Shown one piece after another: positions 14,719 through 32,860 of a DNA stretch of 64,000 bases. This DNA comes from the human T2T-CHM13v2.0 reference genome, Homo sapiens. The DNA lies in NCBI RefSeq assembly GCF_009914755.1, contig NC_060931.1. The stretch is one strand, 5' to 3'. Position 1 is the stretch's first letter. Each line of letters begins with the position of its first letter. A program made the position numbers and the translations under genes. Below the pieces are notes generated by a model. The model was not told where the DNA came from, made no database searches, and saw only the letters and a list, made by a program, of their open reading frames with translations.

Positions 14719-15631
14719 CATACACACAGCAAATGGAAGTTTCTCTAAGTAGTATCTATCCTTACTAGTCTGGTAGATGATATTATTTACTTTGTAGTAT
14801 TTTTTTTCTCATCTAAAATGAAATGGGCTCAACCCACTGAATCAATTTTAAAACTCTCAAATAAGTGATAACCTGCAATTTGACAAACACTGTGCTGAAG
14901 TAGTCACTGCTTGACTTTGGGGACTGGGGAAAGTCAAGTGTTCCATGAGATCATACTTCAGCTTGAATCCTGTTCTTATACTGGTCAATTTTTGTATTTA
15001 TTTCACTTGCTTTGGAATAGGTTTCAACTCAGTCAGTTACCAAGGCCTTTCATCATCCAGCACAACCACTGTTCCAATCTGAATCCCCCACAACACTCCC
15101 TGAAGAACATGCTTACTGATCTGCTTACTACCTGCTTTCCACATACTAGATTTTGGCCTTTGCCTCTCCCTGGTATGCTTTTATCCTCATGGTTTATTTC
15201 CACCTATCCAAATACCTCTGATTCTACAAGGTCACACTAAAGTAGCCCCTCCATGAAGAACAAATTTCTCCTGCCTCTGGAGTTCTAAGCACTTTATTTT
15301 TCCTTCCTTTCTATCTTCCATTCACACACACCCTGCCGCACTCCCATGCTCTCAGAGCCCAAACAGTCTTAAGAAACTACTTGGTATGAATTGTTTGTGT
15401 TGACTGAACAACTGAATACAAAAAACTGCCTACCAGGCACCACAGGGGTTAAACACTGAGAAAGATCAGGTCAGGGCCAAAACCACCAAAAACCCCTCAA
15501 TCGAAACCAGAACCTTCTATTCTCCTCAGTAGATGTTGTGCCTTCTGCCTTTGAAAAAACAGTTACAACAAGCATTACAAGAAAATATGAATGCTTTCTT
15601 TAACAGATGTTTACAAATTCTTCTTTCAATT

Positions 15632-15798
15632 AAAAAAGTAGCCAGGCATGGTGGCACACACTTGTAGTTCCAGCTACTTGGGAGGCTGAGGCAGGAGGAC
15701 TGCTTGAAGCCAGTGGTTTGAGGCTATAGTGCACTGTGATCACATCTGTGAATAGTCACTGGACTCCAGTCTGGGCAACAATATAGCAAGACCCCATA
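15632..15798 (+). mobile_element. Alu monomer (FRAM/AluJ right arm)
   Basis: Right-arm homology. Confidence 0.8.
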
Positions 15799-17046
15799 TT
15801 TTTTTTAAAAAAGGTAGCATAAGTGCAGATTAGCAGCTTAGCAATAATGCCATGTTTCATATTTCAACTTCTCTTATGTAAAATCTAATCTCCCAAATGT
15901 AATAAAGCTACCCATAGACAGACGGGCAGTACTTAGCAAAATGAACAGACACCACCAAGTTTCTCTCCCTCTGGCTCATTACGATGCAAGCACACAGGCC
16001 CACTTTCCCTCAAGTCAGCCTCCTTTTCTCATTACCATATTCTTTTGGTTTAACTTATTTCCCTGCATCTTGTTTCAAAAACAAAATCTTTCACATCATC
16101 TTTTAATCATGCATTTTTATTTTAGTCTCCCCAATTAAACAAAAGAATTTTCTTAGACCTAAGTCAGAAACATTAACTTCAAAGTGTCTTAAATCTATAT
16201 ACAAATATATTTTACATCAATCTTCTAACAGCTTCCTCATTTGATAAATGCTTATCAAGTAACTGCTAGATACTCAAATGGTGGGCTAGAAACTCAACAC
16301 ATCTTTGAGGTACTAAACTGAAAATACCACACTTCCAAAGGAAAGGAGATAATGGGATAATAGCAAATTCAAACTCATTATCCCGAATTGAAAATCATAT
16401 ACAATTCTCATAATTCTGTACTACAAAGAATCAATAAGCAGCAAGGAAGAAAATTCTAAAGATAATCTCAAGGCAAAATACTTCAAACATACATACAGTA
16501 TAATAAATTGGCAAAACAAATAAGAAAGAAGAAAAGTAAACATAAAAAGCCTGAAAAAATTAGTCTTTTAGTTTTAGGAATGCTGCTCAACTGTAAAGTA
16601 AATCAGGTCAGATATTAAATATTGCAGAGAAGACACTTCTAAATATTGCATAGAAGATACTTCTATTTTAACATTAGTAAAGAGCTATTAATATCATTTG
16701 ATAATGAGTGGTCTTTTCCCTTATATTTTATGTAAACAATATATACTGGATGGAGCTGAAACAATCTACAGCCATTGACATTGGAAGAAGAACCACATCT
16801 GGAAAGACCCAAATGCTCTAAGGTAAAAGCTGCTCCCTCATGCTACCTTAAGCAGTAGTCTACGGACTTTTTTTACACCAAAACTACAGTAAGAAGTAAG
16901 ACTTCACACATCTCAGCACACACACATACACATGTACATACAACAAATGGATTATATTGTTCCATAACAATATATTAGATATTCCATAACAATATATGGA
17001 ATATATATTGCTTATGTTCAAATGCCTATGAATATTTAAAATTTAT

Positions 17047-17342
<296 letters not shown>

Positions 17343-17569
17343 TTAAATTTATCAAGTATTCCCAATTCTATTTACATCTCTAAAACTATCTTAAGTGTGA
17401 TGGGCCATGGCAGTGGTGAAATCATGCAAATAATGAATGATTTTATGATAATAAGATATTTTAGGATATTTTCATAAAACTGAACTATAAATTAATCAAT
17501 GATTAACTATTAACTTATCAACTATTTTATTTTAGTATATCTTATAAACACATACTAAAATATTCTTAC

Positions 17570-17663
17570 CTTAAATATGTGCCATATATGAAGAATAATG
17601 CCATCATTAGTCCATTTAAAATAAAAATTACAGCAACATAGAAGCAAGCAAGATCTCCCAATC
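17570..17663 (-). pseudogene. DPY19L1P1: DPY19L1-like exon 6 (94 bp, phase 1/2): GLGDLACFYVAVIFILNGLMMALFFIYGTYLS
   Basis: Acceptor tttttaaag|GA, donor AAG|gtaaga; conserved GLGDP reads GLGDL. Confidence 0.9.
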
Positions 17664-17849
17664 CTTTAAAAATAAACAAAACATATGTTCTAATCACATT
17701 AACCCAAATTACCTTATGTGTCTAGCAATTTATATTAAATTGTGTTCATTTTGAAAATGGTTGCCAGATACATTAAGTAGTTGCCTTGGTTCCCACATGA
17801 AAACCCAACACTGCTGCAGAACACAGATGAGATCAGGGCAATTAGCAAT

Positions 17850-18405
17850 GATGGTTTTAAAACAGGGCTGCAAATTCACGGATACGTCTCCTCTGGAGGT
17901 ATGGGGTCTACAGCCCCCATTTTTGAGTTTCAGTGGGCTTGTGACTCAACAGAGTACGGCAGAAGCAACACTAGTGACTTCTGAGGCTAGGTCATAAGAG
18001 GTCACACAGTGTCCAGCTTGGAGCCTTCAGCTGCCATAGGAAAAGCCTTACTACTACTCTGAGGTACTTTGCTATCATAAAGCCCAAGTCACCCAGAAAG
18101 GCCACGTGTAGGTGTCCCAGCTGACAGTTCCAGTTGAGCTCAGCCTCACAGTCCTCCATGCCCAGGAGCCAAAATGTGAGCAATGCAGCCTCTCAGTTAA
18201 CTCCAGCCTTCCCAGACATTTGAGTCTTAGTAGCAGAGGTCCCTGAAATCATGGAGATAAACCAGCCCCGCTAAAGCCTGCCCAAATTCTGGACTTGCAG
18301 AATCCATATGCATAATAAAATGGGTGTTGCTTACACCACTAAGTTTACAGTGTTAAGTTTATTATGCTGGATAAGTTTATTACGTTACAACAGATAACTG
18401 GACAA
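17850..18405 (+). mobile_element. MLT1-family MaLR LTR
   Basis: gtgacttctgaggctaggtcataag, ccactaagttt, cagataactggaca end. Confidence 0.7.
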
Positions 18406-18425
18406 TATTACAGAACGAAACTTAC

Positions 18426-18546
18426 CTTCACAGCTTTCAGTAGGACTGAGTCCTTCTCCTCTGGTAACCGTCCGACATATCTTGGTTTGAATTGCAATGA
18501 AGTCCATTATTTTGGTATAAATCCAGTACCAGCTGGCCAAAATTAC
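18426..18546 (-). pseudogene. DPY19L1P1: DPY19L1-like exon 5 (121 bp, phase 0/1): VILASWYWIYTKIMDFIAIQTKICRTVTRGEGLSPTESCE(G)
   Basis: Acceptor aaatag|GTA, donor AAG|gtaagt; about 5 substitutions versus recalled DPY19L1 (VILASWYRIYTKIMDLIGIQTKICWTVTRGEGLSPIESCEG). Confidence 0.9.
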
Positions 18547-19084
18547 CTATTTTTAAAAAATATAGTGGCATCTTAAGAAAATATACCAAACAATTTTCAT
18601 TACTAGAATACTTTTGAGATATTGTGACAATTGCCATATTTTCCCTTTCTATACCATCCACTTGGCTCCCTTTAAATCTAGTAAAACGAGGCTCAGAATC
18701 TCCTAGGCAGATTCTTCACTGGTCAGTTTTCAATTGTTCATCCATGGGTAAGGACAAAATATGGGCCAAAAAAAAGTGCTAAGTTTATGTTTTTCAAAAA
18801 CTATACAACTCTACTAAGAGATACAAAAGAGGATTTGCTCAAGTAAAAGATACTGGGTCTACTGGAATAGACCAAATTATTTAAGATTTGAATTCTCCCT
18901 CAAATTAATTGATAAACATAAAATAATTCTAATCAAAATTCCAAGTGCCTAAAATGTATCTAGAAAACTAACAAGAAAACTAAAGGGAATGTTTTAACAG
19001 ATATTAAGTCTTATCACCTTTAATAATTAAAATAGTGTGATACTGGCACAAGAATGGCTAGACAGATCAATGTAGCCATAGTAC

Positions 19085-19508
19085 AGGTGGTGATAAGCCA
19101 CCCCAGATGCCCTCTTCCAGGCTGAGGCACTCATTCCTCCAGCTAGTTGGAAGACTGGTGCCTGAGAGCTCGAAGCTGTGTCCCTCCCTGGGAAGAAATT
19201 AAATTCACTCAAAGTGACACCCCCTACCCAAGGGCAATCTGCATCCAATGACGGACAAGTCAATAGGGAAAGATACCAGGGGCCCTTATGTCAAGGTAGG
19301 ACAACTCTGCAAGGCCATCCCAGATCCAGAGCTGCCCAGGGACTGGATGAGGCCTTCACAGTGACTGCATCAAAGCTCTCCTCTTCCTCCTGCCTATTCT
19401 GCTTCATTCATCCCTCTTCAAGTGTTGACCCTAAGGACACTCCCTCAACTACTTCCTGCATGCAAATCTCCATCTCAAAGTCCACTTCCCATGACCTCAA
19501 CCTAAGAA
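19085..19508 (+). mobile_element. LTR16-like ERVL LTR
   Basis: gcatccaatgac, acaactctgcaaggccatcccag, ctgcatgcaaatctccatctca motifs. Confidence 0.65.
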
Positions 19509-20630
19509 ATACTGAGCACAAAATCCAGAAACACATGAAAGCACGTATGTATAACAATTTTGCACATAAAGAAGAAAGCTTACTTCAAATCAGTGGAGAG
19601 AGGATGGACACCTCATCAGTGTTAGGTTACACACAATACTATTTTCAAAGAAAAATTCAAGGTTAGATTCCTACCCCACACTATGCATCAAAACCAATTC
19701 CAGATAAATTAAAAATGTAAATTTAAAAAAAGTTATAATTATAAAAATGAAGTTTTTTACATGTATGTATAAAAGACAAAAAGATTCATAGATATATTTC
19801 TGTATAAAAAAATACACAGACATCATACACAAAGCTAAAGGGCAAACAACTGGGAAAAATGTTTTATTATATAGCATTATATTAATATCCAGTATATAAA
19901 ATTTTAATAGAAATATAGATGAAAAGCATGAATTGGTAATTAATTTTAAAAGTAAAAATGCATTATATGTATATGTATGTGTGTTATACATACATATATA
20001 AAGAACACTGAAATATATCTATAATCAATGAATGAAATACATCATGTGACTTCAATTTCTTTGTCTATCCAATCAACAAAGATGCAGGTAAATAAATAGT
20101 TTCGAAAACACTCCTGGTGGATAGTTGAATATCTATCCGGAAGGTCTTCTGACAAAATCATTAAAGTATATATTCTACTGAACTAGAGTTCCACATCAAC
20201 AAATTTATAGTTTTGCAAGGAGGATAAAGGAAAGGCCAAATGCCATCTCCACTTGCTGGATCGGGCTCACCTTCCCTCCACTCCCACTCAAGAAAGTGCA
20301 CTTAATTAAATGAGGATAAGGAAGAAAACATTTAACAAATGACATATAAAAGTAACAGAGCTCCCTCAGTATAATCCTTGTAAGCACACCAAATCTAGTT
20401 TTTGTATTTTTTAAACAATGCAGTCACAACAACAGTTCCCCACAGAATTAAAGCCCCCTCCTCAAAATCAGTAATGATGTTTTTTACATATTCCTCCCCA
20501 AGATACATATTTTCTTTTAAAAAATTAAATACAATTTAATATATTGAATTATACCTTAGAGTTAGAATCAGCATTTAATTCAAAAAAGTTTTACAAAAGT
20601 GAAAAATCACAATTGGAAAAAGTACCTTAC

Positions 20631-20768
20631 CTCAGGGTAAAGATTGAATCTTTTTAATGTATTAATAACAAGGGGGTATTCAGTCAGTTTATCATTCATA
20701 ATCATCCATACTCCATTCAAAAATGAGGGTGTTTCCACAATAGTCTTGAAATAGGAATAATACAGTCC
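20631..20768 (-). pseudogene. DPY19L1P1: DPY19L1-like exon 4 (138 bp, phase 0/0): [46 protein letters not shown]
   Basis: Acceptor ttatttcag|GGA, donor GAG|gtaagg; open frame matches recalled DPY19L1 apart from A>T. Confidence 0.9.
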
Positions 20769-21744
20769 CTGAAATAAGGATATGCTCAGTTAAAATAACA
20801 AAAGGTACATAATTATGATGCCTCTTCGAAGTAAATATACTGTTTTTGAAAAACAAAGCAATTAAGCAACTAATAGCTATTAAGACAATGAATTTCACAG
20901 GTTTCTGACCATTGATAAATCCTAAAGTTGCGAAAAAACTACGTATTTTCACATAAACTTGTCTTAATTGAAATAACTGAATGCAAAATAGCTTCAACAA
21001 TAGTTTCAGCATTTAAAAAATAATATGACTCAGCATACTTCAACTTAGAAAATCCTATTACCCACACTAATATAACTGTTAGAAAATGCTATCTTATGAA
21101 TAGAGTGAGTGGTTTCTTACGGAACTAAAATTTATCATTAACCAAGAAATCTTAAGCCAAAAATGCTCCTCTAACTGCTTATGTTAATCCCCAAAATGAC
21201 ACTATCAATCATTTTTCCTCCGGATTTACATGGAAAAATGCAAATGTGTTGAGAAGGCTACTCACTGATGTATTATTACACATGAATTTCACTCGGGTGC
21301 CACCTAATTTTGCAGATTATTTTCCCTCCTATCAAGTCAGCATAAGGTAAGAACCCTGCGTGACTGGGGATGAGGGTGGGGAGTGGTCCTATTTTGAAGA
21401 AAAGAGTTTTTTAGCTTGGCACACTGCTTTGGAAAGATAGCAAGGGTGGAAAATTACGTGAGACAAAACAAGAAAACACTAGAAGCCTAACGGAGAGTCT
21501 AAGCGGCAGTATGAGGGAAGACAGAGAAACACAAGATAAATCTACGTCTTGTATTTGCATCTTCAGTTTTGTCTGGAGCTGCCCTGGTAGCCAGTACCAG
21601 TAGCTGCCAAAGTTTAAACCGGGTTTAAGACTCACAAATACAAAAGTGAGATGCCTACCCAGAAATTTACTGAAAAAGAAAAAAATGGTCTTGATACTCT
21701 GATGTATTAGCTCTGATATCACTATTTTTAAAATTATGTTTCCT

Positions 21745-22194
21745 TGTGAACTGATTTGGATACTGTCCCCTAAAATTTCATGTCCACCAGACCCTGTGGA
21801 TTGATCTTATTTGGAAATAGGATTCTTGCAGACGTGATCAAGATGAGGTCATATTGGATTAAGGTGGACTCTAAACCCAACACAACTGGTAAATCTAAAT
21901 AAAGAGGAATATTTGGCCTCAAAGCTACAGGCACACAGGGGAAAAGGCTGTGTGAAGATGGATCAGAGACTGCGGTGAGGCATCAGCATGCCAAGGAATT
22001 CCAAGGATGGCCAGCAGCCATCAGAGGCTGAGAGGAGGCAAGGAAGGACTCTCCCCTCCAGCCTTCAGAGACAAGATGCCCATCAACACCTTAACGTCCC
22101 ACTGCAAGTCTCTGCAACTGTGAGAGAATACATTTCTGCTGTTTTAAGCCACCTAGCTTGTTGTACTTCTTTATGACAGCCCTAGGACACTATA
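21745..22194 (+). mobile_element. MLT1B/C-like MaLR LTR
   Basis: cttatttggaaatagg...gatgaggtc...ctgtgagagaatacatttctgctgttttaagcca. Confidence 0.75.
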
Positions 22195-22394
22195 CCTTCC
22201 TTCTTTTGTAGGTTTGCTTTTGGAAACATATCAAAAATTTAAAAATCCCTAAATATCAAAATAAAAATGAAAGAAAGGAATGAACTATTTATCAACTTGG
22301 GAGAAGATTTCAAATAACATTAAGATACTGTAATTTTACTGTATATCCCTAGTGGACTATATCCTAAGGTTAAAATGGAGCCCAGGAATCTGGC

Positions 22395-22910
22395 ACGACT
22401 GGTTTCACAAGTTACAGGTCACAAAGACCCTGCTGATAATACAGGATGTGGTAAAGAAGCCGGCCAAAACCCGCCAAAACCAAGATGACAACTAAAGTGA
22501 CCTCTGGTCATCCTTATTGCTCATTATAATATATTAGCATACTAAAGGAAACTCCCACCAGCAGCATGACAGTTTACAAATGCCATAGCAACCTCTGGAA
22601 GTTACCCTATATGGTTTGAAAGCGGGAGACACCCTCAGTTCCAGGAATTCCCCTCCCTGTTCCCAGAAAACTCATGAATAATCCACCTCTTGTTTAGCAT
22701 ATGATGAAGAAATAACCTTAAAAACAATCAACCAGCAGCCCTCACAGCTGCTCTGCCTGTGGAGTAGCCACCCTTTCATCCCTTTACTTTCTTAAGGTAA
22801 ACTTCTTTTCACTTCACTCTGTTGGAGCATTCTTGAATTCCTTCCTGCCCAAAGCCAAGAACCCACATGGCCTCCTGGGCTCAACCCCAATTCTGGGGGT
22901 TGCCCTGTGA
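22395..22910 (+). mobile_element. MER41-family ERV1 LTR
   Basis: acaggtcacaaagaccctgctgat...aaagaagccggccaaaacc...caagatg, as in the recalled MER41 consensus. Confidence 0.85.
22639..22668. promoter_or_regulatory. Tandem GAS (STAT) motifs in the MER41 LTR
   Basis: TTCCAGGAA 22639-22647 and TTCCCAGAA 22660-22668 both fit TTCNNNGAA. Confidence 0.55.
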
Positions 22911-24532
22911 AGAACCAAACTGCACGAAAATCTTAAACTCTTTTCAGTAATCACATAAATGATGGCTATTATTATTATTTTTAGTAGTATTTGACTATCC
23001 ATTTATTCCATGACCATTGCCCGGGTTTCCAATGCTCTTCAGACTTATTTTTCTTTGATCACACGTCAGTGAGTCCATGGCCAAAATGAGTCTATCTTTG
23101 GCCCTACTCTCACATTCAGATATATTCTACACTTTCACCTGAACTTGGGATACTCCATGGATTGCTGGTCCTACCTCAATTATTTTTCCTGCTTGTTCTC
23201 TGCCTTATTTGTCCTTCTACTTCCTGAGCCCCTAATTTATTCATGTGAAAAAGCAAAATTGCACAATGTAAATTCTGTGAGAACAGCTTCACTCTAAGGT
23301 AAATTATAATGTCTTGTATTATTCAGGAAATGACTGGATGTTGATGTTCATATATATCATCTACTAAAATGATAGAATGAATGCTTTAGACACTCTAGAA
23401 ATAGATTGTTCTATTTTTCTCTACTTGACTGATGATTTCTTGGGATCAGAACAGATATTCACAATATTAAAACCACAGTAAATGGTTTTGTGGTTGAAAC
23501 CAATGACAAATAATTTTTTGTCTTTGAATCTGATGTCCTCCACATGTACTCTCTGGGATGGAAATTTCTTTAGTGGTACTGTCAAAAGAAGCATCAGAGA
23601 GACATTAGACAGAGATGACCTTTCCATGAATTTTAAGAGGAAGACTCTGATATGGTTTGGCTTTGTGTCCCCACTGAAATCTCATCTTGAATTGTAATCC
23701 TCAGGTGTCAAGGGAAGAACCTGGTGGGAGGTGATTGGATCATGGGGGCGGTTTCCCCCATGCTATTCTCATGATAGTGAGTGAGTTCTCACGAGAGCTG
23801 ATGGTTTTAAAGTGTTGTACTTTCTGGTGCTCTCTCTCTCTCTCTCTCTCTCTTGCCTGCCCCATGTAAGAAGTGCCTTGCTTCCCCTTCACCTTCCACC
23901 ATGATTGTAAGTTTCCTGAGGCCTCCCCAGCCATGCAGAACTATGAGTCAATTAAACCTCCTTTCTTTATAAATACTCAGTCTCTGGTGGTATTCTTCAT
24001 AGCAGTGTGAAAACAGACTAATACAGAGAATTGGTACCGAGGTAGTGGGGCACTGCTATAAGAATGTGGAAGCAACTTTGGAAATGGGTAACAGGCAGAG
24101 GGTGGAACAGTTTGGAAGGCTCACACGAATACAAGAGGATGAATGAAAGTTTGGAACTTCCTAGAGACTTGTTGAATGGTTTCGACCAAAATGCTGATAG
24201 TGATATAAATAATGAAGTCCAGGCTGAGATGGTCTCAGATGGAGATGAGTAACCTATTGGGAACTGGAGTAAAGGTCACTCTTACTATGCTTTAGCAAAG
24301 AGACTGGCAGCATTTTTTTCTTTTTTTTATATACTTTCAGTTTTAGGGTACATGTGCAAATTGTGCAGGTTAGTTACATAAGTATACATCTGCCATGCTG
24401 GTGTGCTGCACCCACTAACTCGTCATCTAGCATTAGGTATATCTCCCGATGCTATCCCTCCCCCCTCCCCCCACCCCACAACAGTCCCCAGAGTGTGATA
24501 TTCCCCTACCTGTGTCCATGTGATCTCATTGT

Positions 24533-28369
<3,837 letters not shown>

Positions 28370-28432
28370 TATGATGTTAGCTGGTTATTTTGCTCTTTAG
28401 TTGATGCAATTTCTTCCTAGCCTTGATGGTCT

Positions 28433-29449
28433 TTAGAATTTGGCATGATTTTGCAGCAGCTGGTACCGGTTGTTCCTTTCCATGTTTAGTGCTTCCTTCA
28501 GGAGCTCTTTTAGGGCAGGCCTGGTGGTGACAAAATCTCTCAGCATTTGCTTGTCTGTAAGGTATTTTATTTCTTCTTCACTTATGAAGCTTAGTTTGGC
28601 TGGATATGAAATTCTGGGTTGAAAATTATTTTCTTTAAGAATGTTGAATATTGGCCCCCACTCTCTTCTGGCTTGTAGGGTTTCTGCCGAGAGATCCGCT
28701 GTTAGTCTGATGGGCTTCCCTTTGAGGGTAACCCAACCTTTCTCTCTGGCTGCCCTTAACATTTTTTCCTTCATTTCAACTTTGGTGAATCTGACAATTA
28801 TGTGTCTTGGAATTGCTATTCTCGAGGAGTATCTTTGTGGCGTTCTCTGAATTTCCTGAATCTGAACGTTGGCCTGCCTTGCTAGATTGGGGAAGTTCTC
28901 CTGGATAATATGCTGCAGAGTGTTTTCCAACTTGGTTCCATTCTCCCCATCACTTTCAGGTACACCAATCAGACGTAGATTTGGTCTTTTCACATAGTCC
29001 CATATTTCTTGGAGGCTTTGCTCATTTCTTTTTATTCTTTTTTCTCTAGACTTCCCTTCTCGCTTCATTTCATTCATTTCATCTTCCATCACTGATATCC
29101 TTTCTTCCAGTTGATCACATCGGCTCCTGAGGCTTCTGCATTCTTCACGTAGATCTCGAGCCTTGGTTTTCAGCTCCATCAGCTCCTTTAAGCACTTCTC
29201 TGTATTGGTTATTCTAGTTATACATTCTTCTAAATTTTGTTCAAAGTTTTCAACTTCTTTGCCTTTGGTTTGAATGTCCTCCCGTAGCTCAGAGTAATTT
29301 GATCGTCTGAAGCCTTCTTCTCTCAGCTCCTCAAAGTCATTCTCCATCCAGCTTTGTTCCATTGCTGGTGAGGAACTGCGTTCCTTTGGAGGAGGAGAGG
29401 CGCTCTACTTTTTAGAGTTTCCAGTTTTTCTGTTCTGTTTTTTCCCCAT
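28433..29449 (-). pseudogene. L1-A ORF1 (TAG at codon 15; 309-aa open remainder from 29362)
   Basis: ATG at 29449, then ...TCT AAA AAG TAG; ORF track 28433..29362. Confidence 0.9.
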
Positions 29450-30754
29450 CTTTGTGGTTTTATCTACTTTTGGTCTTTGATGATGGTGATGTACAGATGG
29501 GTTTTTGGTGTGGATGTCCTTTCTGTTTGTTAGTTTTCCTTCTAACAGACAGGACCCTCAGCTGCAGGTCTGTTGGAGTACCCTGCCATGTGAGGTGTCA
29601 GTGTGCCTCTGCTGGGGGGTGCCTCCCAGTTAGGCTGCTCGGGGGTCAGGGGTCAGGGACCCACTTGAGGAGGCAGTCTGCCCGTTCTCAGATCTCCAGC
29701 TGTGTGCTGGGAGAACCACTGCTCTCTTCAAAGCTGTCAGACAGGGACATTTAACTCTGCAGAGGTTACTGCTGTCTTTTTGTTTGTCTGTGCCCTGCCC
29801 CCAGAGGTGGAGCCTATAGAGGCAGGCAGGCCTCCTTGAGCTGTGGTGGGCTCCACCCAGTTGGAGCTTCCTGGCTGCTTTGTTTACCTAAGCAAGCCTG
29901 GGCAATGGCGGGCGCCCCTCCCCCAGCCTCGCTGCTGCCTGGCAGTTTGATCTCAGACTGCTGTGCTAGCAATCAGTGAGACTCCGTGGGGTAAGGACCC
30001 TCCGAGCCAGGTGGGGGATATAATCTCGTGGTGGGCCGTTTTTTAAGCCCGTCGGAAAAGCGCAGTATTAGGGTGGCAGTGACTCGATTTTCCAGGTGCC
30101 GTCCGTCACCCCTTTCTTTGACTCAGAAAGGGAACCCCCTGACCCCTTGCGCTTCCCAAGTGAGGCAATGCCTCGCCCTGCTTCGGCTCGCGCATGGTGC
30201 ACGCACCCACTGACCTGCGCCCACTGTCTGGCACTCCCTAGTGAGATGAACCCGGTACCTCAGATGGAAATGCAGAAATCACCCGTCTTCTGCGTCGCTC
30301 ACGCTGGGAGCTGTAGACCGGAGCTGTTCCTATTCGGCCATCTTGGCTCCTCCGACTGGCAGCATTTTGCACCTGGTCTAGAGACCTGTGGAACTTTGAA
30401 ATAATATGGTTTGTCTCTGTGTCCCCACCAAAATCTCCTCTCGAATTGTAATCCTCAGGTGTCAAGGGAGGAACCTGGTGGGAATTGAGTGCATCATGGA
30501 GGTGGTTTCCCCCATGCGGTTCTCATGATAGTGAGTGAGTTCTCATGAGAGCTGATGGTTTTAAAGTGTGGCACTTCCTGGTTCGTTCTCTCTCTCTCTC
30601 TCTCTCTCTGTCTCACCTGCTGCTATATAAGATGTGCCTTGCTTCCCCTTTGTCTTCCACAATGATTGTGAATTTCCTGAGGCCTTCCCAGCCATGCAGA
30701 ACTGTGAGTCAATTAAATCTCCTTTCTTTATAAATTACCCAGTCTCTGGTGGTA

Positions 30755-31049
<295 letters not shown>

Positions 31050-32679
31050 TAATGGTATTCTTTATAGCAGTGTGAAAACGGACAAATACAGACTCCTTCC
31101 CTAGACACGAGAACCATGATGGCATTAGGGATGGAGTTATTAATGCATAATAGCAGAAAGCTCTTTACCTCAACATTATAAAGATAATAAAGGTATAGTT
31201 AACAATGATTGGACACACACTGTAGAAAAAGAAATGTGTGAATTCCATTAGAGTATTAAATTGAGCAATAGTGTTTGCAGCAAACTATGAGCATTATTCT
31301 TTAATTTCCACTCCCATTAAAGGAGAGGGTGGTCTCTTTTCAGGTAAAGATTGTTCATCTCTTTCTTCTGCATGCCCCATGCAGTTGTAAGCTAGATGGC
31401 ATTCTGTATGTCAGGACCATTTTTCATTACTGCAAAATAGTCAAACTAAGTTTTAAAGAAAAGAATTTCTATCACTATGCATTGCTATAAGGCTTTTTAT
31501 TCCAACATATGGTATTAAATAGGAGTTTTGTGCTCAATTGTGAATTTATATGAAAAGGAGATTAGGACACAACAGGCACAGAGGAAAGATCATGTGAAGA
31601 CACAGGGAGAAAACACTCATCTGCAGATCAAGAAGAAAGATCCCAGAAGAAACTAACAGAGGCCCAAGAGTGGCCTTTGTGTTTCACTTCAGTGCTCTAT
31701 GTTCTGGCCAATTGTCTGTCATCTTCCTTTCTGTGTGAATGAGTCCCCTGTGGGCAAAAGCAGAGACCACCCTTTGGGGCATACCTAGATGGGTGGCAGG
31801 CAGACAGCCACTATCTGTCATCTACCCAACCCCCACTTACGTCCTTTTCCCTCCACATCCCTCATCTTTCACCATCCCTCCCCTCCTACTCACCTTCTTC
31901 AGGTAGCAGGAGTGGGAGGTAGGAAAAAGCAATAAACTTATTAATATTAAAGATCCAAGCCACAAACCTTTGCCTCTGTTTAGCTTTTTGGTTTCAGACT
32001 CTTTTTCAAGGCAAAATTTTCTCAAAATTATCTGCTATAAAAACAGGAATTCAGAGAAACATTTACAAACTCTAAAAGTAGACAGATACCACCACCTTCC
32101 CCATCCTCCACCCAACCAGGCTGTGACAGTAGGTAAAATCTGTACACCAAACACCAATTCCCTTGATGGTATTTGGATCCATTTCCAATTGAGAAGCAGT
32201 CATCTATCCTTTTTCATTAGCTTCGCCTTCACTGGTGAGAAGTTAGTGGGAAGTAAAGACTCTGGAGGCCTGGAGTTGTTGGGTTTTAAAATTTTATGCC
32301 TGGAGGGTAAGTCCACTGTAGTAAATGCAAAGTTATTTTTAAACTTAAAGCCATGGAATACCACTACATTATAGTAACCAGCTATTTTGTTAACCTACAT
32401 TCATTCATGTATTGTTTGTATGAATGTTCTGTTTCCAGCATAATGGCTTTTAAAAATTAAAGATATAAATTAGCTATTATTAGAGAAACAGCATGATAGT
32501 AAAACTCCCCTAAATTGGCATAACAAAATATTACTAATAGACTCTAGAGGGGACGGACAGTCTCTAAAGAATAAACAAACCATTGAGTAGAGAACAGAAA
32601 TCCCACCCAACCAGTAAGTGCTCTATGCTGATCTTCAAACAATGAGTTCCTGGGTCTTAGCAATAACCACAAAAACAAC

Positions 32680-32860
32680 TCACCACTAACCGAGTGCTTA
32701 CTGAATCTCATATGCTTTACATGTATTACTTTATTTTTTTCTTCCAAATGTCACTTTTGAAGAAGATACCTTTAATATTTCCACTTTACAGATGATGAAA
32801 TTTTAAAATGTTAAATAAATTGCCCAGCTAGTAAATGGTAGAGCAGGGATTCAAACCCAC
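32680..32860 (-). mobile_element. MIR
   Basis: ccactttacagatgatgaaa...gggattcaaaccca. Confidence 0.6.

Larger units (their letters stand above)
14512..16951 (+). repeat. Dispersed ~200-bp direct repeat (14512-14737 and 16753-16951)
   Basis: catctggaaagacccaaatgctctaaggtaaaagctgc...aaaactacagtaagaag...aaatgga in both copies. Confidence 0.9.

Noticed and set aside
19178-19666. 162-aa ORF
   Set aside because: Lies across an LTR16-like element and old L1 sequence; likely a chance ORF.
17570-20768. Calling these exons the functional DPY19L1 gene
   Set aside because: Multiple substitutions versus the recalled protein, and exons 1-3 were not found upstream.
23420-23647. Coding-looking sequence continuing after the THE1D at 31091-31200
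   Set aside because: Stops interrupt the plus-strand frames I translated across the rejoined site, and I recognise no protein.
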